NCBI GenBank assembly: GCA_051941275.1
Contig: JAVEBF010000071.1
Location: 1-34,623 of the forward strand
Reading direction: 5' to 3'
Length of the DNA: 34,623 nucleotides
DNA from: Dirinaria sp. TL-2023a
Lineage: Eukaryota
The translations under genes and the position numbers were made by a program. Within the stretch, counting starts at the first letter, position 1. The number at the start of each line of letters is the position of its first letter. A model generated the notes under the pieces. That model had not been told where the DNA came from. It saw only the letters and a program-made list of their open reading frames with translations, and did not search any database. This document shows positions 1-9,678 of this stretch, piece after piece.

Positions 1-405
1 TCATTTCGCTGACATTGATTCTCTTAAACTCATAGAGTCTCACAATCTTATTTATCTCATTCAATATTTCGCTCGATTCTGATATTCTTCTCTGCGAAGA
101 CGTCTCGATGATGTCTCGTTCACTTGTCGACGTCGCGTCGACCGCGTTCATCTCATCGCGACGATCAGAGTGAATCGCGGGCCCCATCGCCAGTGATAAT
201 TCTCAGTAGCTCTTCGAATTCAAAGGTAGTTTTAATTGATAATATGATCGAGTTCCCAAATTAATTGTTCAAATGCAACGAGTTACTTTTATCAGTTCAA
301 TCTTAAACACAAGAATCGTGAAAAATTTACTATTGTTAATTATCGTGATTAAAAGGAGTCAAGCGTGATGTTAAGGAGTTACTAGGAATTGTTATTTTAT
401 GTACA
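1..405. other. AT-rich, low-complexity, probably mutationally degraded repeat sequence at the window edge
   Basis: No ORF. Bases 1-178 contain only one CC and no GG dinucleotide; bases 200-405 are very AT-rich compared with the neighbouring gene. Confidence 0.4.
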
Positions 406-414
406 ATGTCAAGC

Positions 415-2829
415 TCAGCGGCGCATTCCGTAGGCTCGCCCAGGAATCAAATTCTCCATGGAAGACGGTTCATCGTCCTCAACGATAAGTTGGACCTCCT
501 CGGTCGCTATAATCTTGTCATGCTCTTTCGCCAAAGAAGAGTGGTCACTAGCAGCAGTATGGGAGAGGGTTGGCATTGCTCTAATTCTCAACCTAAGCTT
601 CATGGTCGAAAAGCTCTGAATGCCAGAAGACGTATTCGCCAATGGACTAACCTCCGTAGCCGGAGTAGCTTTTTCGGTATTCCGCTGTTTGCTGTTCCCA
701 CTGCTTCGACATGCGGATGCACTTTGAAAGGCGGAATCTCTGCTCGTAGCATTCTGATCAATGAAACCAGTTTGACAATTGAAGCTAGGTTGCGAGTTTT
801 TTGCCAACAGCAGCATTTCCTCGAACGTATCCCAACAAGCGAAGCTGCGACGTGAGATAGTACTGCTCACGATGTGAGATAGGACTATCACGACGTATAG
901 ACCAAGTACGGAAATTGACAGATAGTCTGTTGCGCTAGAAGCTTGATATGCATATCCAGTTGTCGAGCCATTGAAGTGGAGTTCTGAAAGCGTTTTCGCT
1001 TCAGAGGGTGATGGTGGAGGGCAAAATTGGTATTTCTCAGTTCCGGCTTCCTTTTGACAATCGTCTACAGAGTCCAATTGCATGATGTCCCTGCTGATTT
1101 CTCGCACGGATCCCGTCCTAGACATAACATCGGCAAAAGCTGTCGCGATTACCGACTCCATCGCTGATACTGAGTCACGCCAGATCTTGGTGCTGGTGCG
1201 TTTTGGCTCTGTATACATAGATCGGGCTAAAATGAAAGTTGCGAGAGCCGTGGTGGTATACCCTCGCCTGTCAACGCCTTTGAAGTATGGTTGAAAGCGA
1301 GTGTTGAATTGTGTTTGATATCCTAGAGCGCCGTTCAACCATGTTTCATCCGCAGAGACGTGTCTCCAGCTACCATCATCCACGGGCAGGCTCATGTTTT
1401 TTAGGTCAGCCTGCGCACTCCTGCCCCTCAAAACAACGAACACAGAGTTTCCAACATTACCAATACCATCGTCATTCGACTTGATCATGCTGTGTTGAGC
1501 ATGGTTCCACCTCGCGTCAATGGAGCAAGTCATAGCAATGCGCCGACTCTGCTTTGTCAAAGGGCCGAGGACGACCACACCTGTCGTGACAGAAACCATA
1601 TCTGGGTCAGGGGCGACGAAGACAGTTGTGAGATAATCATTTCCGGCTCTAGTGCTATTCATCTGCACCCAAAGCGGCTTCCGCAGTTTGATGGTGCGCA
1701 CGTCACCCGGCCGACCGTCTTTTGTCCACGTTTCAAATGCTGGTAGATCTGGCAGTGATACCTCTGAAGTACCGTTTCTTGTCAACATGATATGCGGAGA
1801 GCAAACAGTACGTACGACTGCAGCACCAGAACTAGTTTGACCTGACGGGGTACCAGTTGGGTTACCCTTAGCAGCCCAATGCGGATCTTTCCAGAGACGT
1901 GTGAGTGCGCGAGAAGTCGCTACGTGGGGGGCTATCGTCCAAGACTCCGCACTGATGTCTTTAACTTTGGGAGTTCCATCGATTATTCGGGGAAAACTTG
2001 AATTAGCTGTGAAGATTTGAAATCCACCGCTGTTATTGCGGTTGTAAAAGTCATAAGTTAATAGCAGTGGTAGACCGCTTTGAGCGTAAATGCCTGGAAC
2101 AAAACCATCACTGCATGTTTTATTGCGTGATGAAGATTCACCAAGGTGCTCTGCTCGTAGCACGCCCGGCCAAAAGTCGTCTGCTGTGCCATTCATCCAA
2201 AATGTGGTAGCAAATTGTTGCCAAGTAGCCGTTCTCGGCAGCATCAGTACAGCGCTCGCAGGGCCTACTGTAAGCCCGACGATACCTCCTAGCACTGTCA
2301 AGGCATAGATTACTATTAGTCTTTGATTAGGTGAACTGCATAATTTGAAGGTGCCTCCCCAAAATGCGGGAGACCAGAAATAGGATATTCTTGTAAAAGA
2401 GAAGCCTGAGGTAGAAAGCCCTAGTGGCAAGCCATGATCGTTTGTAAGTGCATCGATCGTTGTGTGGAGAATAACGACAGCGATGCTAGCGATAACCAAA
2501 AGCTCTTGAACCTTCGCGGCAATTTGAATGAATGCTAGTGCCACATTATCGCCATAATCATCCTTGCTCCAAGGAAGATGCTGACCGATGTAATGCCCCT
2601 TGAGATTGAGCGTGATCAAATAGATACTGACGGCGACAGGCAGTAAATGAATCGTGCCGTGGCTGATTATTATCCAGATGGAGTCGCTAATTGCAATCTC
2701 GGCCTGTTCGAAGTGGTTGGGACGGAATTTGCGGGCGAAGAATGATACTATATCGAGTCCAAGTGTGCGCAGCAGCTGTACAAGTGTGCATCGATACAAA
2801 CGAAAATGTCTCGCTACATCTCGAGGCAT
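415..2829 (-). CDS. Intronless 804-aa fungal hypothetical membrane protein (about 4 N-terminal TM helices, large luminal domain, one C-terminal TM helix)
   Basis: Long open frame. Hydrophobic segments IHLLPVAVSIYLITLNL, FIQIAAKVQELLVIASIAVVIL, LIVIYALTVLGGIVGLTVGPASAVLMLP and YLSISVLGLYVVIVLSHIVSS. Several N-x-S/T sites lie in the middle domain. Confidence 0.8.
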   Translation of the reverse strand: MPRDVARHFRLYRCTLVQLLRTLGLDIVSFFARKFRPNHFEQAEIAISDSIWIIISHGTIHLLPVAVSIYLITLNLKGHYIGQHLPWSKDDYGDNVALAFIQIAAKVQELLVIASIAVVILHTTIDALTNDHGLPLGLSTSGFSFTRISYFWSPAFWGGTFKLCSSPNQRLIVIYALTVLGGIVGLTVGPASAVLMLPRTATWQQFATTFWMNGTADDFWPGVLRAEHLGESSSRNKTCSDGFVPGIYAQSGLPLLLTYDFYNRNNSGGFQIFTANSSFPRIIDGTPKVKDISAESWTIAPHVATSRALTRLWKDPHWAAKGNPTGTPSGQTSSGAAVVRTVCSPHIMLTRNGTSEVSLPDLPAFETWTKDGRPGDVRTIKLRKPLWVQMNSTRAGNDYLTTVFVAPDPDMVSVTTGVVVLGPLTKQSRRIAMTCSIDARWNHAQHSMIKSNDDGIGNVGNSVFVVLRGRSAQADLKNMSLPVDDGSWRHVSADETWLNGALGYQTQFNTRFQPYFKGVDRRGYTTTALATFILARSMYTEPKRTSTKIWRDSVSAMESVIATAFADVMSRTGSVREISRDIMQLDSVDDCQKEAGTEKYQFCPPPSPSEAKTLSELHFNGSTTGYAYQASSATDYLSISVLGLYVVIVLSHIVSSTISRRSFACWDTFEEMLLLAKNSQPSFNCQTGFIDQNATSRDSAFQSASACRSSGNSKQRNTEKATPATEVSPLANTSSGIQSFSTMKLRLRIRAMPTLSHTAASDHSSLAKEHDKIIATEEVQLIVEDDEPSSMENLIPGRAYGMRR

Positions 2830-4217
2830 TATTGCTATTTGAAAACGTCAGCTGAGACTGAACTGTACCAAATTCCATCATGGCGGGTTTCCATTGGTAT
2901 CTTATATCCATTGACGGCCAATTTCCAGATAAGGCTGACTTCCAATTTTAGTGGGTGTTCGTATGTATGACTGATCCAAAAAAGTGCCTTTGATCGAATG
3001 TGGCTGTCACAAAAGACGGAGAAGACGCCATGATTTTGCATCAAGGATTCGGCAGACGAATAGAGCATTCCAGGTCTGGACATGATGTATACCTAACTGC
3101 TAAGGCGCTGGCCGAGCTTGCCCGTTATTGGTATTGGCTGCTTTGAGAGTCATGCACACCAGCTGAAACATTATCAGGCAAAGATAGGCAGGACGCACCA
3201 ATAAGCAGGAGTTATCAGCCGTGTTCGCCTCGAGACGGGACATAGATAAACCCTAGAACGGTAAAGGACTGACATCTTCAGCTGCCAAGGGAAGCAGTCA
3301 TGGATTGTGAAGTTTTTGGTTTGCAGGACATGTCTCTTAGGATATGAACTGGCATACGACTAGAATTGCTCAAGCGGTTCATTGCACTAAGGAAGTATCA
3401 TTTCGAGATACAAATCCTCGGAGTGCGTGGCAACGCAGGTCAATCGATCAGTGTACTACATCCTTTCTATAGTATAACCGGGCTAGCCCGTGGTTCAGCA
3501 TGTCATTATGTAGATTTCATTTCCCATTTGAACTCGATGGACATTACTGGAATGTGCAGATGTGGACAGATGAGAAAGACTGATGTAGCGAGAGGGCTTC
3601 ATCAGATACCTGTCAAGATCGAAAAAAGCACGACCCATCTAGCTGCGCCGCTAGCGTTGCATTCCTACCTCACGTAAGGTACTCATACGTTTAAGGGGGA
3701 GGCGCCATATTCCCCAGGCAGCCTCACTGTAACCCCACGCGCAATCACTTTTTGCCGTGTGTGGTATGGCATAATGGCAGTCGTAATTTTCCGCAACCAT
3801 ATGGTCAAATTAGCTCCAATTACCTAGATTCAGAGTTTAGCATGCATTACGTGCAGTAAGCAGATATGGTAGTTGGTAAGTAAAGCTCCCTTTATCTCAC
3901 CTAGTGGCGAAGTCTTAAGCACTTCACACGTGCTCCAAAAAGTATGTATGTAGGCGGTAGAAAAGCAACGAGCGCCGCTCAAGCCCAGACCAGGAAGCCA
4001 TTTCGGGCTGACACCTACTACGCCCATAGTGCCGCTTGCTCCCTCGAATCGTGCTCTTTCGCCGCTCTCCTGTAGGTTTTGCCCTTGATTTGCTTTCGGA
4101 ACGCATATATAACAAACACTGTATGCAGATTAAGGTATTACACAGAGATTAGCGTCAAAAGTCCTGGCTAGGTAGCTTCATCTAGGCCGAGGCTGGTCGT
4201 AGTACCCTGGCTCGTCG

Positions 4218-4282
4218 GTTGCAAAAAACCCCGGACACTGAATGCGCCAAGCCTCACCCGAAGTGTCCGATTTTTTTGCAAC
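4218..4282. mobile_element. Short inverted-repeat (MITE-like) element, copy 1
   Basis: GTTGCAAAAAACCCCGGACACT-gaatgcgccaagcctcacccga-AGTGTCCGATTTTTTTGCAAC. The arms are reverse complements, and a near-identical copy lies at 7314-7371. Confidence 0.6.
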
Positions 4283-4594
4283 GAGCCTGGGGCCCTGGGC
4301 GAGTTTCAGTTAAGTGCCCGTGGCCTTAGCCGCGCTAGCCAGGACTTACAGTACCTTATGACGTCGACCCCTGGTATTGCATATCTTGACATAAGGTACG
4401 CGGTTACCTGATATTGTACCTAAGCATTCGATTATAACAAGACTTGAAAGACTCCACACATATGCAGTCATCATTACAAGTTTAGTTTGCAGCCCTCTAT
4501 GGTAATAGGTCAAATCCAGTCAGGCACATAAGGTAAAGTTCGTACCGGTGCAAGAACCCTAGGGTAAGGACCTTCAAATGGCCCTCGCCGATTC

Positions 4595-5655
4595 ATGGCG
4601 ATAGTCATACCGACGACAACCGAGGAGGGCGAACACATTTTACCGGATGGCGTCAAACTGTACACCAAAACTTGGAAGGTCTGTTGACTACCTAGGCAGC
4701 TAAGCCCGCTATCCCTTAGAAATGCTGATTATCTTCATCAGCCCTCCACACCTCCAGTAGCCCTCGTAGTCTTCATCCACGGCTTCTCAGACCACATCAA
4801 CGCCTACTACACGCTCTTCCCCACGCTCGCCTCCCGTAGAATCCAAATCTGCGGCTTCGACCAGCGCGGATGGGGTCGCTCTGTCACATCCCCCGCCAGC
4901 CGAGGCCTTACAGGGCCAACAAGCACGGTGCTGGCCGATATAACCTCTTTCCTCCGAGTGCAGCTGGAACGCAATCGTGAAAATGTGCCGGTGTTTCTGA
5001 TGGGACATAGTATGGGCGGGGCGCAAGTATTGCAGTATGCAGCTCGCGGCCCCCTAGAAGTCAGGCGGCAGCTCAGGGGCTATCTAGCCGAGGCACCCTT
5101 CATTGCGCTGCACCAAGATTCGCAGCCAGCCAGGTTTACAGTTGTGGCCGGGCGCTTGGTGACGAAGCTTTGGCCAAGAAGGCAGATGGTGCAGAAGATC
5201 AATCCGGAGGCGATGAGTCGCGACCCGGAGATTTGTAGGCAGTATGATGCGGACGAGTTGTGTCATGATACAGCGTCTCTGGAAGGGTTGGCCGGGATGC
5301 TTCAGCGGGGTAAGGAGTTGGAGAAAGGGGAGATTATGATTGCAGATCGGGAAGGGATGAGTATTTGGGCTGGACATGGAACAGAGGATAGAGTCTGTAG
5401 CTTCAAGGCGACAAAGAGACTGGTGGATCGCATGAATGTGAAAGACAAAGAGTTCAGGATATATGATGGATGGTATCATAAGTGTGAGTAGCCTCGGTGA
5501 GGTGAGGAGAAAAATACTGACTTGAGGCAGTGCACGCCGAGCCAGGAGAAGATAAGGTCATATTTGCAAATGAGGTTGCAGACTGGATTCTGAAGAGGGC
5601 TGGCCGCTTCGAGGGACAAACCCGTGATGTAATTCAAGACCGAAGCAAATTATGA
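4595..5655 (+). CDS. YJU3: Alpha/beta-hydrolase, monoglyceride lipase/lysophospholipase family, ending in peroxisomal signal SKL
   Basis: Exons 4595-4678, 4742-5483, 5531-5655 (GT..AG introns of 63 and 47 nt). Motifs KLYTKTW, FIHGFSDH, GFDQRGWGRS, nucleophile GHSMGG, HGTEDRV (Asp), GWYHKLH (His). C-terminus ...QDRSKL*. Confidence 0.9.
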
Positions 5656-5838
5656 TCTAGTAGATGTCGATTGTGAATTGCTGTTGGGAGACTAGTGACT
5701 ACACTAGGTTATAAGATGTCAACTGACCGCGTAAAGTAATTGCATATGACGCAACCCCTGCTGATATCCTCGTATAAGCAGCCCAACCCGGTTGCATTGA
5801 GCTTCGACGACGTGACGGTGCTGTGTCTTTTTTGTACA

Positions 5839-7202
5839 TTAAAGCTCGCGAGGCGACTGCTTCTTCCATAACCCAAGGAAGCCTCCTCCGACTACCCTGG
5901 CGTATTTCTTTGGTCTGCAGATCATCTCGAAACTTCGCCCATACTCGGAGAGTCCTTCGTCATTTCCAGCGTTCTGTGTTGCGGATGTCTGTGACTCGTC
6001 AATGTCTGTGATTTCAATAGTACCTGAATTCGACTTTGTTCCTGCAGCGTCTTTGGTGCTATTCCCGTTGCTGGCCGAGGAGCTTTTCTCTTGCTCTGCT
6101 CGGAGTGAAGTTCTCGGCTTGACAGAACGGACATCCCATGCCTTACCACCCGTCATGTGTGGGCCAAGTTCAAGAACGCGATCAAGATATAATGGTACTT
6201 TATACCTTTTAATCGTGTCCACAGCATTTATAATCTGCGTGATGCTAGGATTGAAGAGCATTAAATTTCCTTGCGAGCACAGCACGGATGCAACTTTTGC
6301 AAGGTGTTGGTGCGCATCGGGCATGTCAAGGACTGCATGTGACAAAAAGCTCTTGTCATCCTTATCTTCAGATTGGCGCTTCAGGGTCTGTTTGTTGACC
6401 CATTGTGATACTCCTTCTGCATAGAATTCGACATTCTTGGTGTACAACCCCCGACGAAAGCCGTGGACAATCTTTTTGGCATGTTCGGAATAATGAGGAG
6501 AGATGTCAACTGTATGAATGACCGCTTGACGGGCAGATCGAACAGAGTTCGAGACGAGCTTGTTGTTCGAGTTCTGGACGGTTGACACGGAAGCATTCGC
6601 AGCATGGATTGATCTTGCGAGATGAAGAGTCAAAGCACCATGACCCGTCCCAGCTTCCAGAATCTCCAACGCCGGACCCTTTTGGCCTTCGGCCGTACGA
6701 CAAGTTGCATGAATGTCTAGTAGTGACACTACCAAGCTTGCATCTGCAGGGTATACCTTGTTAATTGTAAATTCAGCACACGGGACAAATGTAAATGATC
6801 ATGGGATTAATTACAGGTGTAACCAATCGAGGAGTCAGCGTGACATACTCCGCCAGGGTTGGGCTCCGGATTCGGATCTCTGTTCCTCTTACTGTGCGTA
6901 TTTGAGAACCAGACTGTTTCCCTATAATACTACTATGCTCGATGTCACCCCATCGAGAATGAGCAACGCCGTCTGATCGCAGTGGCTCGCTTAGAAGTGG
7001 ATCATCATCGCGGTTTTCAAAGATAGATCTATCACCCTCTTCATCTCATCAGTAAGTCCAGACTTAGATCCCCATGTAGGTGCTACTGAAGACCTTGAAA
7101 TACATCAGACTTTGATGCAATACATTTGAAGCCCCTGATGCGCGTGAACGGTGCTTCTGAAAGGTCAAATGTTCTGGCGCGTTTGGGAAAGATCCTACTC
7201 AT
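5839..7202 (-). CDS. TRM61: tRNA (adenine-58-N1)-methyltransferase catalytic subunit, Trm61/TRMT61B-like (probably organellar paralogue)
   Basis: Exons 7202-7094, 7038-6815, 6756-5839. Spliced product contains PTLAEYVTLTPRLVTP|VYPADASLVVSLLDI, SAM-binding ILEAGTGHGALTLHL, AVLDMP and FNPSITQI. The N-terminus is Arg-rich. Confidence 0.85.
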
Positions 7203-7313
7203 CTGAAAGAAGTTCAAAATGCACTAGACTATGTAGTTCAGCTTTTGAGGAAAGAGTAAGGAGCTGTGTTAATGCAGTCTGAAGTACCTAGGTATGTTAA
7301 GGACCGAGCTCGC

Positions 7314-7371
7314 GGGTTGCAAAAAAAACCGGACACTAAATGCGCCAAGTGTCCGATTTTTGGTGCAACCC
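7314..7371. mobile_element. Short inverted-repeat (MITE-like) element, copy 2
   Basis: GGGTTGCAAAAAAAACCGGACACT-aaatgcgcca-AGTGTCCGATTTTTGGTGCAACCC. Same arms and loop core (aatgcgccaag) as copy 1. Confidence 0.6.
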
Positions 7372-7652
7372 TGAACCCACGCACCGAGGTAGAATATGGC
7401 TCGAGGGGCTCGGGTTTTCTTTGGTCGAGTCCGGGGTCTCTATTTAGGCGTTGGCAACTAAGGCAGCCCTACCTACCTACCTTAAGCTCGCTAAGGTACT
7501 CCGTAGTCCGTACGGAGTAGTCAGATTCACCCTCAGCCTCAGGCACCTAATTAATGTACCTTAGCGTCTACTGAACCAACCAAAACCCTTTGGAACGATG
7601 CAATTGTCGTGACAGCTACACATAACATAGATCTCTGTTGAGCAGTAAAGGC

Positions 7653-9266
7653 ATGGCAGGACGAATCGAGCCTGAGTATTTCGAAAGAGCCCGTCAAAAA
7701 GGTCGTGTTATCGTCAGAGGTAAGTTCAACAGCGTGGTCATTAAACTTTGTACTGAGCAGGCTACGCCAGAACCACCAAAACTTGACCTTGATGCATATA
7801 TTGCCAATTACAAAGGTATTTACGCCCGCTTCGGCAACGTAGACGTGCTAAGATATGGCACAGGCAAAACCCGATTTGAACGACTCTTCCTCATCGGAAC
7901 TTGTTCCTCCTATCTCTATTTGGAAGCCTTGAAAGGAGCCATCAGTGAAGCCAGAACAGGTCGAGATGTGGTTAGATATGGAGACGCTACTGCTACACTG
8001 CACGAAATCGTTCCAGAAGAGCCGGAAGGCATCCTGGATTTGGGCTGGATGGACCGGACAACCAAGCAGGTTAAAGCCGAGACAGATCGTCTGGAGCTAG
8101 AATTGAAGGGATATAAGAATAACTTGATCAAGGAGAGTATCCGAGTAAGCTTTCCGCACATTAATGGATAAGGGAAAGAAACAGGCTGATGCATGGAATA
8201 GATGGGGTACGACGATCTTGGCCAGCATTACCACCGCGTTGGTGCCCTCGCGGATTCCACCAAGGCTTTTGGCCGCATGCGCGAGTTCTGTACCACACCT
8301 TCCCACGTCGTAATCATGAAACTCCGCCTATTGAACGTGTCTATCGATCAGCGGAATTGGGCCAATGTGCAAACAAACGTGGCAAGCATACGTCAGACGG
8401 GCCCTAAGTCGGTGGAGCTTGAGAAGATCGCCGCGAAGCTCTCAGCGGCCATGGGCCTTTCGCATATGGGGTTAGGCAGCTACCGAGAAGCTGCGAGGGA
8501 GTTTTTGAACACGGATCCTCGGATGGCCGGTGCAAAGCCGGATGACTCTGCAGACGATGAAAGCTACAGCGAAGTAATGACACCCAACGATGTGGCAGTC
8601 TACGGCGGTCTCTGCGCTCTAGCCTCCATGTCTCGCGACGAGCTCCAGAAGAAAGTACTTGACAATGTCAGCTTCCGCAACTACCTTGAGCTGGAGCCGC
8701 AAATCCGTCGCGCAATTTCTTTCTTCGTCGCAGGCAAATACTCCTCCTGCCTTTCCATTCTTAACAGCTACAAGCCCGACTACCTACTCGACATCTACCT
8801 GCAGCAGCACGTCGATGGGATCTACTGCGAAATACGCACAAAGGCGATTCGGCAGTACTTTATCCCATTCTCGCACGTGACGTTTTCCGCCTTGGCGGCG
8901 TCCTTCGACACGGACGAAGCCACCATCGAAGCCGAACTCACATCTATGATTAAAAAAGGCGAGCTAGATGCCCGCATCGATCTCGTTGATCGCGTGCTAC
9001 TTGCTCGTAAATCGAATCCCAGGAATACAGTGCACGCCGGTGCGTTATCAACGACGAAGGAGTATGGAGACACGGCGCATCTCCGGCTCATGCGCATGGA
9101 AATTATAAACGCAGGCTTGGAAGTCAAGGGGAAGAAAGGGCGGGGTGATGCGAGAGGGTGGCTAAATAATCCAGCTCCAGAGGAGCCCCTGAGCGATAGG
9201 ATTGCTGGCGACGTATTCTTGCCGACTATGGACAAGAGCCTCAGAAGTGGACTGAGAAATGGTTGA
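7653..9266 (+). CDS. CSN1: COP9 signalosome subunit 1 (PCI domain)
   Basis: Exons 7653-7719, 7771-7815, 7864-8144, 8202-9266. Motifs LDLDAYIANYKGKTRFERL, LELELKGYKNNLIKESIR|MGYDDLGQHY, DVAVYGGLCALASMSRDEL and C-terminal PCI winged helix (LIKKGELDARID-like). Confidence 0.93.
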
Positions 9267-9678
9267 TAGTCTACCTTTCGAACGGGGAAGTCGAGGACGT
9301 TTACTTCCACAGCGTGGTGATAAAGATGGCGCCTACATGTGACTATGAGGAGAACGACCGTTACGCTTCAACGGATGGTACCTTCACATGATACACAACG
9401 GAAAATGATGGAGGAGAAGTACGCAGGAAAAAGCCTTACAGTCCAGCCCCAAGAAACAGTCATGCGGAGCAAATTTTGTGCCCATGGGACTTTGTAAAAT
9501 TTCGTACTACGCGACCGCAATCTATGGCTGTTGTGGAGAGAGGGGGGAGGAGACTTTAGGCACGAAATGAAAATCTACTGAAGATGCCAAGCGATGTGCC
9601 TTGGCTCATGAACCTTCGTTCCGCTCGCTGCTTGTATCATAATATGGAGCGATATTTGCTTGCACCAGCTCGCTTCAG

